Virus record (IMG/VR): IMGVR_UViG_3300017766_002106
Location: 1-62,052 of that record
DNA: 62,052 nt
Direction: 5' to 3' (one strand)
From: a virus
Taxonomy: Duplodnaviria; Caudoviricetes
Under the pieces are notes generated by a model. The model was not told the origin of the DNA. It did no database searches and saw only the letters and a list, made by a program, of their open reading frames with translations. Below are positions 43,082 through 52,234 of the stretch, piece after piece; the stretch's first letter is position 1, and each line of letters opens with the position of its first letter. The translations under genes were made by a program, and so were the position numbers.

Positions 43082-46000
43082 ATGAGTCCACTACTTGGTT
43101 CTTCAGGAGGTTCTTCTGAATATGCTTATAGAGGAACTTTAGACGATTGGCCCAATCCATTTGCAACTACTCTCAGTGGCCAAGATATTCTAGGAACACA
43201 AAGTCCAACAACTTCTGCTACTGGGATTGTAACTGCAGTTGGTCTTAACTATAAAGCAAGAGTTATTGTTGAGAATAATGACGCAACCATATCGACTGAT
43301 GGTGGACTTACTTATGTATCTGCAAGGTCGGCAGATGCTTCTGTATTCATTAGAGATAATACTACTATTCGGATTAGACTTCAACCAACTTCAGGAACTC
43401 TAAGTGATTTTAACAAATCATATACAATTCCGGTTAAAATAGGAAAAAGAGAAGGGACCTGGACAGTTTCTACAAGATCAATTGATGAAACTCCAAACTC
43501 TTTTATCCTGAATGGTTTAATAGACCAGCAACTTGGAATTACCACAATAAGTAATACAGTTACTATTGTAGGATTGGAAACTGGGTTTTCTTTTCCAATT
43601 TCAGTATCTGCAAATCAACCAGGAACACCGATTGAAATTTATAAAAATGGAGCTCTAATAGGAGTTTCAGGAACAGTTGCAAATAATGATCAGATATATC
43701 TTTCAACACAAACACCGAATTCATATGCAACAACAAGAACATTTACTGCTCAGGTAGGAACTTTTACAACTACTTGGGGACTTATAACTCGAAATGCAGT
43801 TGTCGGAGTTAATCCATTTAGTTTCGTTGGGGTAAGTTCTGCAAATGTTCTTGGTGTAGCATACACAAGTGCTTCTATAACACTATCAGGTGCCGATGCA
43901 GGTCCAACAGATCCAACAAACCCAGCATCCTGGCCATCGGATCCAACTAGACTTCCTGTTTCTATTTCTGGACCTAATGCTTTTTATGAAATTAGAAAAT
44001 CTGATGATACTTTAAGATATACAGATCCAGTTACCCCAACTTCTTCAACTTATTTTCAGAATGTAACAAATTTTGCGTTTAATGGTGATAAAATAAAAGT
44101 TAGAATTAATTCATCTTCATCTTACAATACAACTGTTGTTGGAATTTTGACAGTTTCGACTCAATCATCATCTTATAGTGTTACCACTAGACCTACTCCT
44201 ATCGATACTGTTCCTGCCACATTTACCTTTACAGATTTAACCAATCAAGGTAGAGGTGCATTAGTAACAAGTTCTCCAATTACGTTAAGTGGAATGTCAA
44301 ATGGTGCAAGTGATTTTGGAATAGCAAGTATTGTATTGACTGGAACCACTGCAAACATTACCCCACAATTTGAAGTAAATAGTAGCGGAACGTGGATAAG
44401 TCCCCCAACAACAGCATCAGTTAAAAATGGAGATCAAATTAGACTGAGAATGATCACTCCAATTTTATCTGCTTCAAATGGAGTTACAAATGCAAATCTA
44501 CAATTTAGAGTTGATGGAACTGATACCACAATCAATCTGCCATTAGAAGGATTTAATACTATTAATGCATTCAATGATGATATTTGGACAGTTGGGACAA
44601 TAGCAAGAACTTGCCCAATTACTACATTTATTATACCAAATCAATCTAGTATTAATTTAAACACAGATGTCCCAGTAGATTTTACAGTTGGTGGATATAA
44701 TACAGATTGTCAGATGAATGTCACCGTTACATCAGACTCTTCTGCTTTTAATTTTACTCAATTAAATGGGGCAGCGATAACTCCAGCTAAGACATTAACA
44801 AACGTTACACCAGGATCTACTGTTAGATTAACGGCAAGATCCAGCCCTTCTTATATCACAGGTGTAGCATCGACCATTACAGTTTCCAATAGTGCATCAG
44901 GAGTCACTCCATCAACTGGATTTAATACTTCTTTTACTATCACTACGGTTGCCGATACTACTCCTTGGACATTGTCTCTCACTGCAAGTCCAACAACTAT
45001 CGAAGTAGGATCATCTACTACTTTAACTTGGTCTTCTACTAATTGCACAAGTATTCGCTCAATAAATTGGACTGCAACTCCACCAATAAGTCTCAGTGGA
45101 ACTACTACGCAAACACTGACAACTACTGGGCCTATTACTTTTACAATTACAGCATATGTAAATACAGCTTCTTCCACTTATACTACAGGAACTGCTGTTG
45201 ATGGACCAACTGGAATTAGATATGCAACAGCATCGGTTACAATTACTGTTAATGAAGATTATACTCCCACTTTAAATCCAAGTGCAGTTTTATTTTCTTC
45301 TCTTACAGGAGTAGAACCTTCAACTGCTATTCCTAATCTGGTTTCTTCTGGGATTGTAACAGTGACTGGAATTACTGCTGCTATAACCGGTTCAGTTACA
45401 GGTAGCCCTGGTAGTAGTGGAGCAGCTTTTGCTCTTCCAGTAGCAGGATCTATTACTAACTCAAATATTGTCAATAATACTAACATTCAATTAAGAGTAA
45501 ATGCTTCGACCGATTTCCTTACAACAACTAGCGCATTTATAAATTTTACCGACCCTTCAGCAAATTCTGTTGCAGCCCAAAGAGAATTTAGAGTGACGAC
45601 AAGAGAATGTATTCCAGAAGAAACTTCATTTCAATGGCCAGTTGGTCCAGTTGCTAATAGTGTTACACTAATTTATTATACCAATGCGCAATTTACTAAT
45701 ACTTTGGGAACAATATTTTTGGGGGAAACTTTATTAAAAAGCAGACCTCCCACAGGTCTTGTTGCCACAGGAACTGCAACGGCATATTATAACTCAATAC
45801 TTGCAGGATCTGGAAATTTCCAAGGATCTACTACACCTATCCAATGGGCAGACTTAGTATCTGCTATTTGGGATGCATTTACTTTAAATGCACAAAGACC
45901 TCCCGCACAATTTGAGATTGAAGCTTTATTAAGTACTTTTAACCCCAGTAATTACACTGGAATTACATCTGGTATAACTCCTTGGCAACCTGATCTAAAC

Positions 46001-46111
46001 GCATCTGCAACAGGTAATGTTAATAGAATTAGATCTACTACGACTCCAATTCTTAACAGTTGCACTACCAGAACAGCAACAGTTGGAACTATCAAAACTG
46101 GTGCATATTAA
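43082..46111 (+). CDS. Thr/Ser-rich virion protein with repeated beta-sandwich-like domains
   Basis: Repeats of DxxPxxFxF...S..ITLSG...V.NGD.I.LR; SD AGGAGG. Confidence 0.65.
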   Translation: MSPLLGSSGGSSEYAYRGTLDDWPNPFATTLSGQDILGTQSPTTSATGIVTAVGLNYKARVIVENNDATISTDGGLTYVSARSADASVFIRDNTTIRIRLQPTSGTLSDFNKSYTIPVKIGKREGTWTVSTRSIDETPNSFILNGLIDQQLGITTISNTVTIVGLETGFSFPISVSANQPGTPIEIYKNGALIGVSGTVANNDQIYLSTQTPNSYATTRTFTAQVGTFTTTWGLITRNAVVGVNPFSFVGVSSANVLGVAYTSASITLSGADAGPTDPTNPASWPSDPTRLPVSISGPNAFYEIRKSDDTLRYTDPVTPTSSTYFQNVTNFAFNGDKIKVRINSSSSYNTTVVGILTVSTQSSSYSVTTRPTPIDTVPATFTFTDLTNQGRGALVTSSPITLSGMSNGASDFGIASIVLTGTTANITPQFEVNSSGTWISPPTTASVKNGDQIRLRMITPILSASNGVTNANLQFRVDGTDTTINLPLEGFNTINAFNDDIWTVGTIARTCPITTFIIPNQSSINLNTDVPVDFTVGGYNTDCQMNVTVTSDSSAFNFTQLNGAAITPAKTLTNVTPGSTVRLTARSSPSYITGVASTITVSNSASGVTPSTGFNTSFTITTVADTTPWTLSLTASPTTIEVGSSTTLTWSSTNCTSIRSINWTATPPISLSGTTTQTLTTTGPITFTITAYVNTASSTYTTGTAVDGPTGIRYATASVTITVNEDYTPTLNPSAVLFSSLTGVEPSTAIPNLVSSGIVTVTGITAAITGSVTGSPGSSGAAFALPVAGSITNSNIVNNTNIQLRVNASTDFLTTTSAFINFTDPSANSVAAQREFRVTTRECIPEETSFQWPVGPVANSVTLIYYTNAQFTNTLGTIFLGETLLKSRPPTGLVATGTATAYYNSILAGSGNFQGSTTPIQWADLVSAIWDAFTLNAQRPPAQFEIEALLSTFNPSNYTGITSGITPWQPDLNASATGNVNRIRSTTTPILNSCTTRTATVGTIKTGAY

Positions 46112-46114
46112 TTT

Positions 46115-46122
46115 TATAAATA
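46115..46122 (+). promoter_or_regulatory. T4 late promoter TATAAATA
   Basis: Perfect consensus upstream of 46158 gene. Confidence 0.8.
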
Positions 46123-46157
46123 TATAAAAGGGTGGATAGGGAAACCCAGAGGTTTTT

Positions 46158-49100
46158 ATGGCAATAGATAAGAATTTTGTCGTTAAAAATGGCCTTGAGG
46201 TAGGTAATAATCTAATTCATGCAGATACAGTAACCAAAAGAATTGGTATTGGAACTGATCTGCCAGAATATCTTTTAGATGTTAAGGCAATTCCCCGTCC
46301 AGGAGAAGTCATAGTCGGAATTGCAACTACAACAGTTGCAATTTTCAGAGGAGATGTCGTAATTCAAGGTACTCTTGATGTCGCAAATGATGAAATTAAC
46401 TTAGAGTATGGCGATATTACAAATATTATTGGTCAAAACTTAAATTATGGTATCGGAACTATTACTAATTTAACTGCAACTAGGGCAGGAGTTAGTACTT
46501 TAAACGTTCAGAATATTAATGCAGGTCCAGGAATTGCTTCTTTACCACTTATAGTAAGTGGAATTGCAACAATTGACCTTGGAATTGGAAATACACTAAG
46601 ATATCGGACTGGTTTTATAACTTCGGTAATAGGAACTAATTTAGATTATAGTATTGGAACTATTACGAATCTAAGTGGAACTATTTCAACAATTACAACT
46701 TCCACAGGTACTACTTTAAATTATAATACATCTAATACTAATAATCTTTATGCGCAAAGTGGAATTGTCACAACATTAGGTTCAACTAATGCAACTTTAA
46801 CTAGTGTATCTGGTAATAGTCTAACATATAATACGGGAACCATTACTACATTTACTTCAAGTGATGGAACTGTTACAAACCTAACAGGAACCGCAGTTAC
46901 TTATAGTATAGGTGATTTTAGTAATATTGTTGGAGTTTCTGTTACTGCAACAGATTTTAGTGGAGATAATGCAACAATTTTTGTTTTAGATGGAGATTAT
47001 TTAAATTATGCAATAGGAACTTTTAGGAATGCATTATATTTGGATGGTGCTCTTTATGATAGAGATAGGCAATATGGAAATTACGGGCAATATCTAAAAT
47101 CATTAGGAGGAAATGGGGGAAATCCTCAGGTTCAATGGGAGTCTTTTGGAGTTCTTAGAAATAGAGAAGTATTTACTACATCTGAAGGACAAACTCAATT
47201 TACATTCCAATATGATCTAACAACTTTAGGAGATCCCCCTGGAGTTGGTTTTGGAACAAATAGAGAGGCATTATATCTTGATGTTTACCTCAATGGCGTC
47301 AAGTTAATTCAAGGACAAGATTATATTGCAACAAATGGAATCGGCGTTACTTTAACATCTCCAGCATCTGCGGGCGATCTTGTTGAGATGAATGCCCTTA
47401 TTGATAATGATCTGGTATTAATCGATGGAGCAACAATTACTGTCAGTAATTTTGGAGAAAATGCAGGTATAAGCACCTGGATAGACTTTACTGATAATTT
47501 ATTCGTGATTGGTGCTGGTGGAAATGGTATCACAACTGTTGGTGTTGCCCTAAGCGGAACGTATGTTATTAATGTTGCTGGTATTAGTTCTTTTGCCGAT
47601 ACACTCTTAATTAATCAAGTTTCAGTTGCTAATACATTTTATGGAATAAATCTTACCAATTTAACTGGGGGAATTGGAACTTATAAGGATACTTTTGTTG
47701 ATGCTGATCTAGCAGGTCTTATCTATTACCCATTAGGACCAAAACTTGGAATTGGGGTTAATCAATTAGAAGATTATAATTTAACTGTGGCAGTTGATGC
47801 CAAAATTGGTAATATTACTTTAGAAACAAACTCTCTTACTGGGGAAGCAAAAATTTCTCCGGCACAAAATCAAATAAGCGTAGGAACTACAGATACAATT
47901 ACTATTGGATCTTCTCTTGCAGTTCAAGGTGATATATCTGCGGAAGGTTCTGTAAGCGCAGAAGAATACTACGGTGATGGTGTAAATCTTGTAGGAATTG
48001 TAACTCAGATTGTTGCAGGTATTGGCGTTGATGTTTTTGGAACACAAGATTTATCAACTGGTCCAGGGAAAGGAGTAGTTAAGATTGATGCATATCGCCC
48101 AATCGGTAAAACAATTTATGTTTCCCAAACTGGTGATGACAATAATACTGGATTAGCAGAGAATTATCCAAAGAGAACAATCAAAGCAGCTGCTGGTGCT
48201 GCATTATTTGGAGATACTATCAAAGTATTCCCTGGAGTTTATGTTGAAGAAAATCCCATTCTTCTCAAGAGAACAGTTGCAGTTGAAGGAACAGAACTTA
48301 GAAACTGCGTTGTTACTCCAAAATACCCCAACCAAGATCTATTCTTCGTAAATAATGGTTGTCACCTAACAGACCTGAGTTTCATTGGTCCCCAGATGAC
48401 TAATGGAGCAGCAATTGTTTCATTCGAGCGTTTAGTTGGAGTTTCGACTGGTAGATACTTTGATGCTGCGAGATTAATTCGTTTAAATCTTGATTATATT
48501 GCCAAAGAGTCCGTAGGGTTCCTTACAAGCGGATTTAGTGGATTTGCAGGAACTCATAGAGAGCAGGATGCTGGTAGACTACTTGACCTAAATCTTGATT
48601 TCATTGCAGAAGAAACTGTTGCTTGGTTGTATACTCCTAATGCTAACCCATCTTTAGGATATCTTGGTTCAGCAGGAGTTGCTTTAACAACAACTGGTCT
48701 TACAGGATCTCCCCCACCAGTTTCATCGACAGTGCAACAAAGTTGTAAGGATGATATTAAAGATATTATTCGTTCGATTTCTAATGACCTAAAGGCAAAT
48801 AGTAATCGTAATTCAGTTGGAGCAGGAAAATCTTATTATGACCCTGCAGGAAACTTACTTCACATTGATGGGCAGGATGGAAATGGTAATAGTATTCAAG
48901 CAGCAACAATTGCAGCAATTAATCGCGCTGTAGGAATTGCAACATACATTATTAATAATATTGATTATAAGGCTCAACCTGGAATTGTATCATTTACGAG
49001 TGCAACTCAAAACTTTAGCTATTCTCCAATCATTGTTACTGGAGGATGTCCAGAGACTATTATCAAAATAAATGATCTTCGTGACAATATTACGGACATT

Positions 49101-51620
49101 ATTAGTAATTATAGTAATCTTGCTGGAATTACTACGATATATGGAGTAAATATTGACTCAAGTCTTTGTGCAAAAGATGTAAAGAATATTTGGAAAGCAA
49201 TATGTTTTGATATCACAAGAGGTGGAAATTCTAAGTCGGTAGGTGCTGGTAAATCTTACTATGATGAAAATTGGAACTTACTTCCAGGAATTCTAAAGAA
49301 CCCTGCAGAGGTTCAACAGACAATTGCTACTTTAGACTATTCATTTAAGGTAGCACGTTCTGTTGTTAATAACTGCACTTGGGGTGGTTATCCTGCTGGA
49401 ATTGCGACTAATGTTATCAGTGCAGTTTATGATAACGTAACTGGAATTACTACAATTACAACTAATGGTCCTCACGGATTAATCAAGGATGATCCTGCTA
49501 GAATCGTTGGATTAGCATTTACTTGCAATTATGATGGTGGAGCAACCTCAGTAGTTTTCCCAAGAGAAGGTGATTTTGGTGTTATATTCCCTGTTCAATC
49601 TGTAGTTGGACCTAATACATTTACATTTGTCGGCGGAGCATCTACTACACCACACTATTATACTTCTGGCGGAACGGTTCAAAAGTATCAAAATTTCCAA
49701 GATAAATTTACTCAGGTTAAAGATCTTGGAATTCAGGTTGATCCAGAAACCGGATTTAATAATAGTGTTAATTCCTGTGCAACTGTTATTTCTGCAATGC
49801 ATTCTTGCATCGGAGTTGTAACATCAATTGTTGGGTTGGGCGCAACTGCATTTTCTACTGTTGGTTTTAATACAACATATCCAGGAAACAGTGGATATGG
49901 ATTTACAAGTGTTACTAATGTTTCGAATGCAGTCTATGATAATACAAGTGGACAAGCAACCATCACTGCTCCTGGAATTTTGGTTAAGAAGGGTGATTTA
50001 ATCGAGATTAGAGATCTTGAATTCTCTTGTGATTATGATGGTGGAGCAACGATATTAAAATTCCCATCTGGATATTATGGATATGACTTCAATGTCGATA
50101 AGGTAAATCCGAATGGAAGTTTCGTAATTAATGTTGGGGTTTCAACAATTGTTCATACTTATGAGGGTGGTGGATTTATTGTTAAGCGTTCTTTAGGAAT
50201 CACAACTGCATCTTATCATAATGCAACTGGTATTACTACCATAACGGCTCCAGGTGCAGTCATTAAGAAGGGTGATTTAGTTACTCTTAGAGATCTTCAG
50301 TTCTCCTGCACAAGTGGTGCTGCAACTACAACATTATACCCAACAGGAAATAATGGATTTACTTTTGAAGTTTTAAATATACTTGGTGGAAATTATAATG
50401 GTTCTGATACATTTATTGTAAATGTTGGCCCATCAACAATCCCCCATACTTATCAGAGTGGTGGAGTTGTTCTTCCACCATATTCCAAAGGAACTGGTCC
50501 TATCACTCAAGGTCCTTATGTAAGAAACTGCACCAACTTCATTCCAGGAAGTATTGGAATGCTTGTGGATGGTGTTAATGCTGAACCAGGAGACCAAGAT
50601 GACATTGGTGTTACTGGAGCAATGAGCGTTGACTCATATACTCAATATAACCAAGGCGGTATTGGAGTTTCTATCACAAATGGTGCTTATTGTCAGTTGG
50701 TTTCTATCTTTACAATTTGTGACGATATTGCAATTTACACAGGATCTGGTGGTCAGTGCGATATTACAAACTCCAACTCATCTTTCGGTAATTATGGATT
50801 ATATTCCAATGGTGTTGGTGGACCAGACAGTAAATCAATTTACAGATATACTGGAAATATTATTTTAAATAAAGATGGAAATGAACCTGCTGCTGAGCAG
50901 GCAACAATTACAGTTTCCGGTATTGGTTCTTATAGACCTTATGACGGTCAAGCACTTTATTTTGGAGAACTTTTCTATACAGTACAGAAAGTTGAAATTA
51001 CTGATGGCGGAAGTGGATACAACGAGGATGATCCTCCAATAGTAACTTTTGATGATCCTGAAGGTGAAAATGGAATTACTGCAGAAGCATTAGTAACTGT
51101 AGAAAATGGAAAAGTTACTTCAGTTGACCTCGTAAGTAGCGGAAGTCAGTATAGAAATGCCCCTAACATTCAGTTCAGTGGTGCTGTTGGTGCTGGTGCT
51201 AGTGCAACAGCAATAATGACTCCAATTTATTATACAATTGAAAGTGCAACTCTTCCACAATCAGGAATTTCTACAATTATATTAAATACAAATCTAAATA
51301 ATAATGTAAGTGTAGGAACCACGGTTTATTTCTCAAGATTAAGTTTGCAGATTGCTACAACAATTTCTTTTGAATGGGTTGGAGCAGGAACAGACATTAA
51401 TAGAGCAAAACCAGGATTAGGTGGTGTGGTTATTCCAGAAAATCAAGTTGTTAAAGTAGACGGAGGTCAAGTTGTATATACCAGCACAGACCAAGCTGGT
51501 AACTTTAGAATTGGTGATGGATTAACCGTCAATCAGCTTACTGGAACAGTATCTGGTAGAGCATTTAATCAAAGTTTGTTAAATACAGTAACTCCACTCA
51601 TCATCGCATTAGGTAAGTAA
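46158..51620 (+). CDS. Large tail-fibre-like virion protein (1820 aa)
   Basis: MAIDKNFVVKNGLEV start, RIGIGT, IYVSQTGDDNNTG...TIKAA, three internal AxYxNxxG.xTIT...HxYxxGG repeats. Confidence 0.75.
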   Translation: MAIDKNFVVKNGLEVGNNLIHADTVTKRIGIGTDLPEYLLDVKAIPRPGEVIVGIATTTVAIFRGDVVIQGTLDVANDEINLEYGDITNIIGQNLNYGIGTITNLTATRAGVSTLNVQNINAGPGIASLPLIVSGIATIDLGIGNTLRYRTGFITSVIGTNLDYSIGTITNLSGTISTITTSTGTTLNYNTSNTNNLYAQSGIVTTLGSTNATLTSVSGNSLTYNTGTITTFTSSDGTVTNLTGTAVTYSIGDFSNIVGVSVTATDFSGDNATIFVLDGDYLNYAIGTFRNALYLDGALYDRDRQYGNYGQYLKSLGGNGGNPQVQWESFGVLRNREVFTTSEGQTQFTFQYDLTTLGDPPGVGFGTNREALYLDVYLNGVKLIQGQDYIATNGIGVTLTSPASAGDLVEMNALIDNDLVLIDGATITVSNFGENAGISTWIDFTDNLFVIGAGGNGITTVGVALSGTYVINVAGISSFADTLLINQVSVANTFYGINLTNLTGGIGTYKDTFVDADLAGLIYYPLGPKLGIGVNQLEDYNLTVAVDAKIGNITLETNSLTGEAKISPAQNQISVGTTDTITIGSSLAVQGDISAEGSVSAEEYYGDGVNLVGIVTQIVAGIGVDVFGTQDLSTGPGKGVVKIDAYRPIGKTIYVSQTGDDNNTGLAENYPKRTIKAAAGAALFGDTIKVFPGVYVEENPILLKRTVAVEGTELRNCVVTPKYPNQDLFFVNNGCHLTDLSFIGPQMTNGAAIVSFERLVGVSTGRYFDAARLIRLNLDYIAKESVGFLTSGFSGFAGTHREQDAGRLLDLNLDFIAEETVAWLYTPNANPSLGYLGSAGVALTTTGLTGSPPPVSSTVQQSCKDDIKDIIRSISNDLKANSNRNSVGAGKSYYDPAGNLLHIDGQDGNGNSIQAATIAAINRAVGIATYIINNIDYKAQPGIVSFTSATQNFSYSPIIVTGGCPETIIKINDLRDNITDIISNYSNLAGITTIYGVNIDSSLCAKDVKNIWKAICFDITRGGNSKSVGAGKSYYDENWNLLPGILKNPAEVQQTIATLDYSFKVARSVVNNCTWGGYPAGIATNVISAVYDNVTGITTITTNGPHGLIKDDPARIVGLAFTCNYDGGATSVVFPREGDFGVIFPVQSVVGPNTFTFVGGASTTPHYYTSGGTVQKYQNFQDKFTQVKDLGIQVDPETGFNNSVNSCATVISAMHSCIGVVTSIVGLGATAFSTVGFNTTYPGNSGYGFTSVTNVSNAVYDNTSGQATITAPGILVKKGDLIEIRDLEFSCDYDGGATILKFPSGYYGYDFNVDKVNPNGSFVINVGVSTIVHTYEGGGFIVKRSLGITTASYHNATGITTITAPGAVIKKGDLVTLRDLQFSCTSGAATTTLYPTGNNGFTFEVLNILGGNYNGSDTFIVNVGPSTIPHTYQSGGVVLPPYSKGTGPITQGPYVRNCTNFIPGSIGMLVDGVNAEPGDQDDIGVTGAMSVDSYTQYNQGGIGVSITNGAYCQLVSIFTICDDIAIYTGSGGQCDITNSNSSFGNYGLYSNGVGGPDSKSIYRYTGNIILNKDGNEPAAEQATITVSGIGSYRPYDGQALYFGELFYTVQKVEITDGGSGYNEDDPPIVTFDDPEGENGITAEALVTVENGKVTSVDLVSSGSQYRNAPNIQFSGAVGAGASATAIMTPIYYTIESATLPQSGISTIILNTNLNNNVSVGTTVYFSRLSLQIATTISFEWVGAGTDINRAKPGLGGVVIPENQVVKVDGGQVVYTSTDQAGNFRIGDGLTVNQLTGTVSGRAFNQSLLNTVTPLIIALGK

Positions 51621-51622
51621 AA

Positions 51623-51979
51623 ATGGCAGCAGTAGCTCTTAATAAATTTAGAACAATTCGAGTTGGCATTACAACCAATATGGTAGGAATATACACCTGC
51701 CCTATTGGTGTTGCTTCCATTATTATTCTTTCCCAGGTCACAAACATTGGAACAGGATCTTCTGTTCCTACAGTAACTGCGGTTCATTCTAGAAGTAAAA
51801 TATCTGACACTGGGGATTATAAATTTGCTAATAATGTCTCCATTCCACCTAATGATAGTGCTATTTTAATTCCTGACGGAAGACTTGCTCTTGAAACAAA
51901 CGACTCAATTAAAATTAAAGCAAGTGCAAATGGAGTTCTTGAGTTAGTTCTCAGTGTTCTGGAGACTGCGAAGCAATGA
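51623..51979 (+). CDS. Small virion structural protein (putative)
   Basis: IYTCP.GVASIII..QVTN...GRLALETND...LSVLE; within structural operon. Confidence 0.65.
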   Translation: MAAVALNKFRTIRVGITTNMVGIYTCPIGVASIIILSQVTNIGTGSSVPTVTAVHSRSKISDTGDYKFANNVSIPPNDSAILIPDGRLALETNDSIKIKASANGVLELVLSVLETAKQ

Positions 51980-52188
51980 CACGTAATAGAGAACTATCAC
52001 AACTTGGTGAATATGTTGGAGTCAATACTATTACAGATACAGTTTCTTTTAATAGTATTGTTACTGCATCGAGTGGATTTGTCGGGTCATCTTCCACAAC
52101 AACTCCACCAGTTAAAATAGATATTATCGGCAATACAATTAGATTTTCTGTTGTTGGTATTGGATCAACTGCATTGAACTTAGTCTAA
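51976..52188 (+). CDS. Hypothetical small structural protein
   Basis: 70-aa ORF, ATGA-coupled, VVGIGST motif shared with fibre proteins. Confidence 0.6.
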   Translation: MTRNRELSQLGEYVGVNTITDTVSFNSIVTASSGFVGSSSTTTPPVKIDIIGNTIRFSVVGIGSTALNLV

Positions 52189-52234
52189 ATAATGAGAAAG
52201 AATTATTCACATAATATACTCTAAAAGAAGTTAA

